A DNA stretch of 63,999 nt, filler included, from Basidioascus undulatus (Eukaryota), in NCBI GenBank assembly GCA_000826855.1. It is 4 parts of 4 records of this genome, joined end to end, with 100 filler letters (N's around TTAATTAATTAA, not from the genome) between each part and the next. Parts side by side here need not be neighbours in the genome. Positions count along the whole stretch, not along the records: positions 1 to 16,216 come from JTLS01000595.1; positions 16,317 to 32,561 come from JTLS01000596.1; 2 more parts are not named here. One strand, written 5' to 3'. The position numbers and the translations under genes were made by a program. Positions 11,866 to 23,307 of the stretch are shown here, piece by piece (positions within the stretch are counted from its first letter, which is position 1; each line of letters starts with the position of its first letter). The notes beneath the pieces were generated by a model. The model was not told where the DNA came from. It searched no databases and saw only the letters and a list, made by a program, of their open reading frames with translations.

Positions 11866-13580
11866 ATGGCAGAACCGGTCGCATCCTCTGATCAAGCGAA
11901 GGACTGGAGTCCAAGTGCGATCGGACGCCATAACCGAGGAAGACGACCTCTTCCTGGCTCAAATCGGGAAGGAGGCGGAGCTGAAGCGCAAGTATTCGAA
12001 GCTTTCGCTTCTCGATCTGACGGTGAGCATGCTGGCGTGCGTCTGTTTTTAATAGTCTCTGAAACCTTTCAGATATTGCCCACCCACATGCTTTCTATTA
12101 ATCGCAGGACACGGCCCGCGCTCGCAGCGGTGTCAGCCCCAGTGCTGCTTTCCAGTGGTCCCGTCGTCGGGTCTACGGCTTCATCATCGTCTTCATCTGC
12201 ACTCTTTGCTCTGCTGCCTCCCTCGGAGAGCTTCGCTCGATGTATCTCACGAGCGCTGCACAGGTGAATTTCATTCCAGCTTATGAGGGAGTGACAGAGG
12301 CTGACGCAACCCCCACCTTCAGTATCACTGGGCCGGCATGCTCGCTGGCAAGCGCTGGGAACCGATTCTCTCCTACTACACAGGCTGGTTGAGCGCTGCC
12401 GGCCAGGTCACGTTTACGGCCTCGGTGAGCAGGCTTTTTGGTGGACGGTAGTAAGCAGCTTGACGTGGACAGGCGTCTTTCTCCGGCTGTAAGTCAACTT
12501 TACTTCTGACACTCGACGGAAAACAACATTAACACATGAGCACACCTCTTCATCGCCATGGCCAAGATGTATAACGAAGCGTACATCGACAGCTACCAGC
12601 GCTACCATCAGGTATGTCTTCTCAAGACCATCAGTCTTCCCGTCAAAGCTGAACCGGTTTGCAACCGTCCCGCAGTTTCTGGTCTACGTTGCTCTTCTCA
12701 CCATACCCATAATTTATAACATCTTCTGCTCTCGCGGAATGCCCCTCTTTAACGATGCGGTGGGTAGCCGGCTCGCTGCTGCTAATTAACTTATCTCACA
12801 CGGCAATCTCGAAGGCATGCTTCTCGGTTGCGGCTTCGTCATCTGGTTTGTCACACTGCTAGCAAAGGTGCGCGGCATAGAATCCCAACTCGGGCAGCAA
12901 GCTAAAGCAGCTGTGTACTTTGTCACTCATCGTTCAGACGCATCCCAAAGCAAGCGCCGAGTTTGTGTTCACGCAATTCACCAACGACGCTGGGTGCGTC
13001 CCCAGCACTATACAGTCGCGCAAAACCACCACTCATGTAATTCCTGCAGCTGGAAAACCGACGGGGTGGCGTTTCCTCTTGGCCTGCTCACGGTCAGCTA
13101 GATACGATGGTCCTGCACACGTACGTAAACTCAGGGCTTGGTGCTTTGCATAATATTGATATGAAGCATTACAATGGTCGAGAAGGTATCCACTGTACCT
13201 CCGCACATTCCACATTCCTCAGACAACTAACTTCTGCTCTCGCAGATGGCTCATGCCAGTGTGAACGCCCCGCGGGTCATGGTCTTGAGCGATATGTGGC
13301 GATCTTAGCGGATTCCCGTTCATCATTGCCTTCCTCTTCTGCATCAGTGAGTATTTGCTCGCCAAGTTTTCACGGCGTCATACTGAACTGCTGCCGTTTG
13401 TAGAGGACCTCACCGTCGTTTTGACAAGCCCAATTGGGTACGTCCAACATTGCGAAATGGGATTTATTGGACATCAGTTCTGGACAAACTGAATGAGGGA
13501 TTATTAAGATTGCCGGTCGCAAGCAATTCTATACAATAGCCTGGGTCTGCACACCGCTGGTGGACTCCTGGGTGTCTACC
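11866..13580 (+). pseudogene. 5' half of an APC-family amino-acid/choline/GABA permease (UGA4/HNM1-like), multiple frameshifts
   Basis: LAQIGKEAELKRKYSKLSLL; VYGFIIVFICTLCSAASLGEL..Q|YHWAGMLA..SYYTGWL; ASAEFVFTQFTNDAGW; YDGPAH; ILYNSLG. Ends at the inversion breakpoint ~13580. Confidence 0.8.
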
Positions 13581-13581
13581 C

Positions 13582-14080
13582 CAAACAGGCTCCAACGCGC
13601 GCCTTATCCCAGATAGCATCACGCAGATCGGTTCGCACTACGCGCGGACGCTGCGCGAGTGGCGCGCGCGCTTTCTGGATGCGTTTGAGGAAGGGATTGC
13701 GTCGGCGTTGTTGGAGGAGCACCCGGAGCTGAGGGGTGGGAAAGGAGAGGCGGGGACGACGGTGGTGTTTAGGAGGAAGTGGGTTTACTACTTGTAAGTC
13801 TTTTGATGTGCGTTTTATGGGGAGGAGGGAAGGAGGAGGTGCTGATGAGAGAGGGGGGAACAGCTCGTACTGCGAGGCGGGCTTCGCGATGCGGGCGCTG
13901 GGCGTGAGTCTATCTTCTCTTCTTTTCCCTTACTATCCACCGCTCCATTTCAGGGCCACATCATTACTATTGTACGGCTCTTCTGTCACACTCGTTCTCC
14001 CGACCTTCCCCAAACGGTTCTGACCCGTCTCTTCCCCCCCGCAGACGCGCGATGGCAACGAGGGCTTTGTCTCCTACTAA
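13582..14080 (+). pseudogene. 3' fragment of a cyclopropane-fatty-acyl-phospholipid synthase (CFA) gene, displaced by inversion
   Basis: TGSNARLIPDSITQIGSHYARTLREWRARF...FRRKWVYYF|SYCEAGFAMRALG|GHIITI|TRDGNEGFVSY*, with GT-AG introns. Confidence 0.85.
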
Positions 14081-14417
14081 TTCTAATTAATCGGTAGATG
14101 CAGGTGCCTGTGCGATTGAAGGGATTTCTTGTACACTGCGGATTGATACCTCGACGTAGAATGCGGGCGGCATCTTGATTCTTGGATGTGGGCGAAATGT
14201 ACTGTAAAATGGACCAGGCAAATGTTGGAGCTGTTGCTCGCTTGTGAGTGCTAGAATAGGCTGCAGAAGGCTTTGAATGTTTTCTATCCTGGGGCCGAGA
14301 TGCGTAGACGGTCGGGGATGAGAAGAGATAGACTGTATGGAAGCAGGCTGCCGTACGCCCCGCACCGTAAACTACATTCGAGCGCAAGCGTGCCGCCTCT
14401 TGATGGCATCAAATCAT

Positions 14418-14523
14418 ATGCAGGGGAACCATTTTTTGTCGGTCTTGCATAGAGAAAGATAAGTCAAATCAAATGCAGGGGAACCCTTTTTAATTTTTTT
14501 GTTGGTCTTGCAGAGAGAAAGAT
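14418..14523. repeat. Imperfect ~55-bp tandem duplication in an AT-rich spacer
   Basis: ATGCAGGGGAACC-T-run-GT(C/T)GGTCTTGCA(T/G)AGAGAAAGAT occurs at ~14418 and ~14473. Confidence 0.75.
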
Positions 14524-15231
14524 CAGTCGTGAACGGTGCGTCGTAGGTGAAAAGAAACTTGCCCTGCTTGGCAGCTCTGCTCCCGCGTACAGCTGTGAAC
14601 AAATTTTTTTTAAAAAACTAGCGGCGTCACTGGGCAGGGGGTTTTATTGTTTTTCTGTACAGGGCGGTTGAAAGTCTTTCTTGGGCATTATGAAGTCGCA
14701 CTGAGAAGACAAGCATAGATCAGTCTGTTTTTTGCATCGCATCGTCCGATACCAAGATTGTGGGACCTCTATGGGTGAGGCCTCTCGTATCATCTGCTGT
14801 CTCTCCATTTTTGAGTATTTTCCGAGCCACTCAATAAACACAATGTTTTCCGTCAGCACTCGATCAATGACACCCCGGACATAGTCCAGTTTTGTGCAGA
14901 TTTCTGCTGTAGTTCACTGCTGCGTAGATGTTGTGAAGGCAAATTACCACCACTTGTCCATATGAGTGATGGTTATGTGCTTTATCTTGACGGAACAGAA
15001 GCTGAGAACTGCAACAGGCTTGACCAAACTCCATTACTTCAGAAATCGTCGCTTTCCTTGCACTCTACATAGAAAAACAGTGTGCGGCGGCGTGCGCATT
15101 GATGAGCCCGGAAGCCCGCACTCAAGCATTAATCGTTGAAACCCATCCATCCAATTCCTGGGACAGAGGGCTGCATTTCAGGGAGTAACTGCCTCAAGGA
15201 ATATAAAATGCTGATAAAGTTTGTGGACTTG

Positions 15232-16098
15232 TCAAGAAGATTCCCTCTTTACAGGTTCTCCCTGCATTTTAAGAGCGATGTCCGCGACTTTTGCATCGAT
15301 GACCGGTCCAGCTATACGGAAAAGCGTCAGATGGAGTAACATCCGCCTTGAATAGATAACACTTACTGTAAGTTTTGCGAGAGACCACGGCCCAATACAG
15401 GGTCGCAAAGAGGAACACGGCGGCAAGTACAGCCCACGAGTAGTCTGGAGCACGACGTTAGCCAGAAGTCAGCGGTACGGGCGACAGGCCTGACGGCCAC
15501 TTCCTCATGTTCTGGTCCGTAACAAGGAGGGTTGATGGGAAGAGAAAGATCACGCTCACGAAAGCGCTATACAGAATGGCGACGCTGCAACGGCGACAGT
15601 TCAGTATGCAACCCCGAGTTGGCTATGAGAAGCAGCGCACTGACATGTTGATCAGGTATCCGAAATTGACACCCCAACCCCAGCCGCGGGGAGGCAAGTT
15701 TTTGCGTCCGTGCACGACCACGCAAGCAATTGGCACCAAGTACGAGAAGTTGAGGAGGATGGTTGTGGAGGCACAATGGCGCTGAAAGCTGCTTCGAGAG
15801 CAGGTCAGCAACATTTTACAATCTCTATGATGTAAACGCACTAGCCGAGCTGCCCAAGAAGATGAGTCCAAGAGCGACTTGAACCGCCCAGCAGAAGAGG
15901 AGAGCGGCAATTGGGGCGTCCAGGCGCTTGTCGACTTCGGCGAAAACGGAAGGGAGAGGCCGTCGCGAGCGCAAGCCCAGACTGTGCGACTGTTGGACGC
16001 AAGCATTCCAAATGCGGCAGTGAAACTGACGACTGCGGTGAGAGATGTCAACAACATGCACTTCACCGGAAGAGAAGCTGGGCATTGTCCCACCATAC
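15232..16098 (-). pseudogene. 3' half of the same APC permease, inverted and frameshifted
   Basis: VVSFTAAFGMLASNSRTVWACARDG / FAEVDKRLDAPIAALLFCWAVQVALGLIFLGSSA / TILLNFSYLVPIAC / YSWAVLAAVFLFATLYW...GPVIDAKVADIALKMQGEPVKRESS*. Confidence 0.8.
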
Positions 16099-16156
16099 CG
16101 AGGGTCGTGAGGAGCAGGGTGAGGGTGGGGAGATGGCCGCCGGGGAAAATCCATTC
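16099..16156 (-). pseudogene. Internal CFA synthase exon piece; the rest of the 5' gene is lost at the contig end
   Basis: CAG acceptor then EWIFPGGHLPTLTLLLTTL (the CFA IFPGG motif), which normally directly precedes the 13582 fragment. Confidence 0.8.
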
Positions 16157-16216
16157 CTGTACGGAGGAGAGGGGGGGTGAGTGGGAAGGAGGGGGGGGGA
16201 GGAGAGGAGTGGGGAG

Positions 16217-16316
16217 NNNNNNNNNNNNNNNNNNNNNNNNNNNNNNNNNNNNNNNNNNNNTTAATTAATTAANNNNNNNNNNNNNNNNNNNNNNNNNNNN
16301 NNNNNNNNNNNNNNNN
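16217..16316. other. Artificial contig linker
   Basis: N44-TTAATTAATTAA-N44, giving stops in all six frames. Confidence 0.98.
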
Positions 16317-16419
16317 GAGACTTGAGGGCTGGCCGGACGACGGGGAACTGTGGGCAAGACACGCAGTCTTCAGCACAACACCGCAACGCTGTCATTTGAA
16401 AACCCCAAGTCGAAGTTAC

Positions 16420-17639
16420 CTACGCGACCGTTCGGGGCTGGTGTTCGAGTCTCGGGGTCCGCTCGAGTGAGATTTTTGGGCTCATCGGAGAGCTTCCCCG
16501 GCTGGGGTTGGTGGAACCGTACGAGGGCGAGGGGGGCCGGAGAGGTTCTGCACGCGGCTTCGACATGACGCTGGAGCAGTTGATCGCCGGGTTTGACGTA
16601 GGATCCAGAGAATACAGGGCACTCGCGGAACTCTTAGAAGCGCTCAAAGGAGAGTAAGAACGTTGCCTCGGGCTGAAGTGATTCGAATTGGATGGCGAGG
16701 AGCTTTGCTGGAGGTCACCGCGGGGCGAAGGAGAGCGTGAGCGACTAGAGATCGAAAGACGGGGGTTTGGCATCTGAAAACGGCCCCTATTCTCCAGCAC
16801 TACGGGCGAATATGTCTGTTGATTGAGCCGATGTAGTACGCATTGGCGTGCACCAACTTCTGCTGCAGTTCAACGATCGAGACGCCGAAGCGCGATGGAT
16901 CTTCTAGGGCCACTCTGTCGTGTGAATCAGTCAAAGAAACATCTTGAAACTTCTAGCGTCTTCGGGATCGGCAAGCGATATAGCTGCGACGTCCTGGGAC
17001 CCCTGTGGAGTATAGCTGCCGACCGAGCCAAACGTCTCCATCGCGAGCAGCCGTCTACTCGCCTCCAACCACTCGCAATGCTCGTGCCACACACAGTAGA
17101 CGCTGGCCGGGTCGGTGAGACGGACGGGACCCATCGCGAGAGCAGCCCTAGCTTTCTCAGCGTCGGCGAAGCTGAAAAAGCGCACAATGATGCTGCCGCC
17201 GCTGTGCTGACTCCCTTCGAGAGATAAAATGGGCCCAAAGGTGCCGGAAAGACCGAAGCACCGAGCGATTGCTATCAAGGACCGATCGAAAGGGTTGAGA
17301 CCGACAACGAGGAGCAGCGGAGCTTCAGGTTATGGGTCCGCGCCGTACGGGGACACGCGCAGGATTACCACCCCGTAAGAGAGCTCGCAACCATTCAGGC
17401 AAGCGTAGGCCTTCTCCGCTGTGGGAGATCCAGACGACATGAGGCGTGTTGCAGAGACATGCTCTAAGGTAACTGACCGGCGCTGATAGATCCACGGTCT
17501 GGGACTCCACCTTGGCTTTACATTTTCGGATTCCCGTCGTGCTCGTGCGTGTGTTTGCATCCGGCGGCGAGTGTGGGCAGGTCACGTATATCACGCTATA
17601 ATCCTGAATGCACACTCTCAACGGCGTTAAGTTATCCAT
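16420..17639 (-). pseudogene. Probable RRM-type RNA-binding protein with in-frame stops and a Ser/Pro-rich tail
   Basis: RRM-like pieces AEKAYACLNGCEL...ILRVS and FGPILSL...IIVRFFSFADAEKARAAL, interrupted by stops. Confidence 0.4.
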
Positions 17640-18368
17640 CCATCAGGCTGGACATTTGCTGGAAGTAAAAGCTCCGAGACATGGTCGCGGCAGGACAGCA
17701 GGTGCAGGAGGAGGGCACCGGTCATGCTGGGCGACTGTGGTGGCAAGAGGGAGGGAGAACAGCGTGGAGACAGAACAGGGTGCAAGGGAGGGGTCATTGA
17801 GAAGTTTCAGGAGTGTGTTTGACTTCCTTTTCAGATACCCGCACGTCAAGTTTGCGCTATGAAATCGAATTGAGCGGAGCTTTGTCATGCAGCGAACCGT
17901 CGTCGGACATTGCACTAGGCTTGTTGAATGCGCAACGTCTGCTCTTCATGCTCGGCCGCACTCTGCAAACCAGACAAAGGTCCATAAATCATATGAAGTG
18001 CTTGGTTTGCAAACTACTGCGCAACTCGAGAGAGAAGTCAGCAACGACTTTCTTCGTGCTGCACGCCTGAAATGAAGCCCGAAGCCACGGCCCTGGTGCA
18101 TTGCACGACTCAAGCGTATGCTATATCCGCGGAGAGCGAACAAAGTCTTTCGTCTTTTCCACCGACCAGCTGGGAATGAGGGTGACGGCAGTGAGAAACG
18201 GAACTAGCGACGAACACGACTTCAGCGCGCTGACCTGGATTTTCGTTCCGCTTCAGCGCGGCCATCGTGCCATCGTCTCTTGCTCTCAACCGCCACCAGT
18301 TCGCCTTTACATCCAAAGCCCCACCTCAAGCCTCCGTCTAAAACCCACTCCACATTCTCAAGACCAAT

Positions 18369-19134
18369 ATGTCCTCCAGCGGCCCGTCCAAGACGTCCGG
18401 CCAGTGCGTTGCCTCCTTCTTCCCGCTCCCTACCCGCGCTGTGTGCTCACATGACGCTTGTCGACAGGATCGACTCGACCGTCGGCACGGCCAAGGAGGC
18501 TGCAGGCAACGTTGGTAAGTCGGTCTTTCCTTCTCATTGACTCATGGCTCGTTCTTAGGAGGGGGTGGGAGGATGCAGTCGGCTCGAGCGACCTCCAGCA
18601 GTCGGGCAAGGTGGGTCGCATCCGCGCTCTCTGTCACCTTAATCCAGTCATCATGAGCTCAAAGGCTTTTTGATTTCCTCGGATAACAGGAGCAGCACAC
18701 CAAGGGAGAGACTGAGACCAAGGCTGTTTGTCGTTTCATCCTCTCGGTGGGACTGTAACGCCGCTCGACGCTGACAACTGGTACTTGACCATAGGCTGAG
18801 GCCAAGGTACTTCGCTGTTGAGCGTTATCTTCTGAGTATCTTGCTTACACTACTTGGGCAGGGCTGGGTGGAGGGTCTCGTTGACCGCGTCACTGGTACG
18901 TCCGCAGGCGCTCTCCTCTCCCCCCCCCACGACTGTCGGCTGAGTTGTGAGGAAACAGGCACGAAGGACAGCGTCGTGGGCGCCGTCACGGGCGACAAGG
19001 CACAGCAGACCTCGGGTAAGTCCCTTTTTTCCTCCATCCCCTTCCCGGGGCCCATCGTTAACGTCGGTGCGGACGTCTGATCAGGCAACGCCCAGCAGAG
19101 CAAGGGCGAGGTCAAGCAAAACCTCAACAAGTGA
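18369..19134 (+). CDS. Small CsbD-like / Hmp1-like ('mismatched base pair and cruciform DNA recognition') protein, 8 exons
   Basis: Spliced product MSSSGPSKTSGQIDSTVGTAKEAAGNVVGSSDLQQSGKEQHTKGETETKAAEAKGWVEGLVDRVTGTKDSVVGAVTGDKAQQTSGNAQQSKGEVKQNLNK*. Confidence 0.85.
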
Positions 19135-20633
19135 GCCGCGCGTACGTCGGCCTTGCATGTCTAGCACCGGCATACCCAACAAGATTCTTTGAGATGTGCA
19201 TTATCATGATGAATGGTCATGTGACCCATGCGGATAGAGCGTGCCGTTGAGGGATATGACCGTTACTGGACAGGACGGCCCCATGAGGCCCCATATTACA
19301 GTATTACAGTCCGCATGACTTGGCGGGGCTTCCGCGAATGATGGGCATGAACTGTCGACGCCCCAAAACGTACTTGCAATGAATCCGGAAACCGGTGTAT
19401 AGAAATTTGATGTTGTCGACGAACGGATGGAGCAGGGCGACAAGGTAGAATTCTCGCCGCCGCATGGTAACGACGAGCACAAGCTGCTGCTGCCAGTGCC
19501 ATCGAGCGAAAGCACACAACGACCTCCTGGCGAGCGAATGCGTTCGAGTTACACGAAGATCTTTATCTGTACCAGAAATACCGAAAGTGCTTCTTGAGTG
19601 CTATGGTTCGGGTTCGTTTGGCAAATGCGGATGGCCTCCGCTCCGACGAGAAGGCTGCAAATGATCGCGAATCAACTGCCTCGAGCCTCACCAACCGCGG
19701 TTGTCATTTCCGGGTAGTCTCGGCGCAGTTCGACAGGACAGTGCGCCCGTTCACGTCCTAGATGTGACCACGCCGAGGAATAATGTACTCGCAGACATTG
19801 TGGACGGATTGAAGCCCGCTCGAACGATCCTCCGTTCAGAAGCTGTTCATGCCTCAAGGCCTTTCTCGGCCACGGAAGTAATGACAAGCAACAAGCCGAA
19901 AGGCGCAGGGACTGCAGATAATGCATGAGTGGTAAGGCCGAGAACTAGCTGATACAACCTAGTCGTGGCTTTAACGAGCAAACAGTATTGCCCTGAGCAA
20001 GCTCCACAACAAAGGGAGAGTAGCATGAAAGATGTTTTGGAACTTTGCAGACGGGATCGTCAGGCATGCGCAAACAGTGGCGACGTTGTGGTGCGCACTG
20101 GGGTTGCAGCCCGTCTGGGAGGTGCTGGCGGAGTCATAGCTGCCATGCAGGTCGCTGCAGCGCAGCGCGAGCGCGATGCGAAAGACGGCCGGAAGGCTTG
20201 ACTGCGCCGCAAAATGAAAAGTGAGAGGGGAGAGGAAGATTGAAGTCGAAACCGGCAACATGTCGAGAGCACGGAAGGGAACTCCCGATGTCTGCTAATG
20301 TGGCGTGATCGAAGCGAGATGTGCGGACGTGTCTGGCGCATCTGACAGGGTACTGACCAGAAAGAATACCCCAGCCAGTCGGACAAGTTGGCGTGATGAT
20401 CAGGCGCGCGGCGAGGCTGATCAGGAGGTGAGCCACGCTGTGGAAAAGACACGAGTGTGCGGGCGACAGAACGTACTCGTGCTGAGACGATGCATGGTCA
20501 ACCTTCAAGACTGAAAACCGGAGTACCAACCTGCACACCTCCGAGACCCCACACCACAGCCAAGCGACGAGCCCAATCCGCCCTCTAGCCTCCCTGCCGT
20601 CACGGCGCACAGGCGCACCTCGTCTTTCCCCGC

Positions 20634-21451
20634 TTAATAAGGCTTCTTCGACCGCAGCTTCCCGCCCGGCAGCTTCTTCTTCGCCTCGAGCTCGCGCGCC
20701 TTGCGCGATCCGATATCCGTTTTCTGGATCTTTGTCGTCGCCTTCTCGAGCTTGATTGGCCGGTTGCCGACGTACTTGCCTGTATCACCACGCATAACAA
20801 CAAGTCAGTTTCCATACGCGCCCGTTCGGCTGCAAGGTGCTGGCGGATGAGGGTGGGAGGGAAGACGCACCGTTCATCTCCTTCCACGCCTTCAAGAAGT
20901 CCTCGGGATCCCGGAACGAGACGAAGCCGTACTTGGCCTTGTTCGAGATGCGGTCACGGATGATGCGCGCCTTCTCGAACGTCGGGTACTTGCTGAACGC
21001 GTCCGCCAGGACTTGGTCGCCGACGTCGTTCGAGACGTTCCCCACAAAGAGGCGGAAGTGACCTGCGACCATGAGAAGCGACCGTTAGCTTCAGCGCCTC
21101 GCCACATAACAGCCGGTATGGGGATGGAGTTGAGAGAAACGCACTCGGATCCCACTCCAGCAAGGTCGGGTCCTCCCACTGCTCCCCCGCGCCCTTGCGG
21201 AGCACCGTCGTCCGCTTCTCGCCCTTCCGGAGCGGGCCCGCCGTGTGCTGGGGCTGCACCGCCCCGGGGATGTACGCCGACTGCTGAGCGAGCGCGCCCA
21301 TGTTGTACTCCCAGTCGGCAGTGGAGTACGCCGCTGCGCCAGCCCCGGACGGCCCGGCGGCGGCGGCGCCGTACGAGGTCGAAGGCCCGGCGCCGCTCGC
21401 GCCCGGGTAGGCGGGGCCAGTGGAGTAGCCGTAGCTCGAATAGGGGTCCAT
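20634..21451 (-). CDS. RBM42-like RRM protein
   Basis: RKGAGEQWEDPTLLEWDP-HFRLFVGNVSNDV...KYGFVSFRDPEDFLKAWKEMNGKYVGNRPIKL; three exons. Confidence 0.9.
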
Positions 21452-22020
21452 GATTGGCCTAGAGAAGTGCGGGATTGCGCGGTGGGTGTACGGGAGTGTG
21501 GAAGATGTGTCGGCGAAGAGATTGAGGCGAGCGAGATGATGATGGTCAGGACGAGAGCAGCGACGCGCCACACGCGGGAATCGCTCAACTCGAAAGAGCG
21601 CTCTATCGAAAGCGAACCGCGAATTCCGTCCGTGACTTCTACATGTGACCCGCCCGGAAGCCCGACTTTGTCGAAGTCGCCGGGGTCTCCCACCTCTGGT
21701 CCGTGCCTTTTCGGTGATCAGAATTCACAATCGGACTTCTCACCTGTCCCCACCTCGCCTTTTTCATTGAATTCAAACATACTCTGTTGAAAATAATTTG
21801 CAAGAGCGCCCTGACAGATGTATGATTTTGCCGTACAGCTGTCGCGCAGAGGATAGCAGGCGGCTGTGGACCATTGGTAGGATTGGAGGTAATTTCGTCC
21901 ACCATTTCCTGCACAGTGCGGCTGTACTCAAATTGATTGATTGCAACAATTTCTTTCGTTCCAAAAACCCAATGAAATAGAATATTACGTATGCGCCGAC
22001 CTCGCTGTGCTAACATTAGC

Positions 22021-22620
22021 TGCTGTCAGGAACAGTCTTACAAACTGGAATGAGTGGAGGAGGGAGTGGCTCAGGTGGTGTGGGGAGGAGGGTGATGCAC
22101 TTACCTACTTCCCCAGAGGCTAGGAGTCTCAAGTAAGGGAAAGTGCCAAAAACTGGAGTCAGTACTGGTGCACAGTTCACGAGCCAGGCAAAGGAACTAA
22201 ACCTCTGGCAGTCTGCCTTTGACTCAGCTCAGCAACAGGAACCTCCCTGTTCTCAGTGCCCACAGGGCTTTTGAGGTAAGCCTGTGTGATTGGAAAGGAT
22301 TGATATCCTCATGATTCATTTTGAGAGTGGTGCAACTAGGCAGTGTGGCAGCACAGTTTGAGTGTAAAGTGATTAGGCAGTTCTACACCACTGACTGGGG
22401 CATGACAGGAGTTGCAATATTGTTTGAGTCGGAAGGACAAGATAAGCTTGCATGTCCACCTCTTCCCAGACCTCCTGTGTTACTCTTTCTGCAACAAAAG
22501 GTCAGATTAGCTGCCTTGGCGGCTAACCTGACTGGAGGGGCAGATAGGTGGCAGTTGTGCGCTTCCCTTCCAGCAGCGTGTTCACATTAAGTACATTAAG
22601 TGCATCAGAGTAGTATCTAT
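22021..22620. other. CpG-depleted, TpG/CpA-rich patch (probable methylated repeat relic)
   Basis: About 5 CpG in 600 bp by hand count, against abundant CpG in flanking genes; no convincing ORF. Confidence 0.55.
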
Positions 22621-22977
22621 TGATATAGTAAACAGAGAGGGCTGTAGACTCGAGGAGGTTAGCATAAGCTACGGTGACAGCAATGTTGACTGAACGGGCA
22701 GAAAGGGACAGTGCTTCGATTCCAGTTTCCGCTTTTGCCTTGAGTCCTTCGCCATAGCATTTGTAGAGTTAACGAATTAAAGTTGCAACAAGTTTGATGG
22801 CACGTCAGAGTCGTCAAAGGCTTACTAGCGGTACTTCTGTCAGCATAAAAACAAGTGCAGAGTCGTCGCGCGGCCATCGGCGTGAATCCGGCGTTGGTTG
22901 AGCGAAGTGCCGCTCATCGGCGTTATTTTCTAGTCTTCGAGGCTTCGAGGCTGTCCTCCTTCCAGTCTCTCGTCCAA

Positions 22978-23011
22978 CTGCTCGACCACCTGCTCGACCA
23001 CCTGCTCGACC
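22978..23011. repeat. 12-bp tandem repeat (CTGCTCGACCAC), ~2.8 copies
   Basis: Directly visible in the sequence. Confidence 0.85.
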
Positions 23012-23307
23012 GTTGAATCGATGGATTGAACTGACCCTCCACGTTCACCTTTTGTCCATGTGTGTACAATCTGCAGCGTACAGTTACGTACTCGATTCCA
23101 ATACGGCCATCGGAGCTTTCAACAGGCAACCACCACAGCCATCTCGGGCCCCTCGGAGGGTCGGCGTTCCCAAGTGAAGGCAGGACTGGTTGATTGACTC
23201 GCTGTGCTTCCTCTCTCTCGACTTCCGTTATCATCCTCGAACACCATACCTCATTTCATATGCCGCGGCCGCGCTTTACTCTCAAGCTGACCCATCTCGA
23301 ACGAGCG

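Noticed and set aside
16261..16272. TTAATTAATTAA repeated three times in the window
   Set aside because: Always centred in N-runs; it is an artificial six-frame-stop linker.
21570..21690. Hairpins with GAAA loops upstream of the RBM42-like gene
   Set aside because: Short stems in GC-rich promoter DNA with no recognisable ncRNA boxes; plausible by chance.
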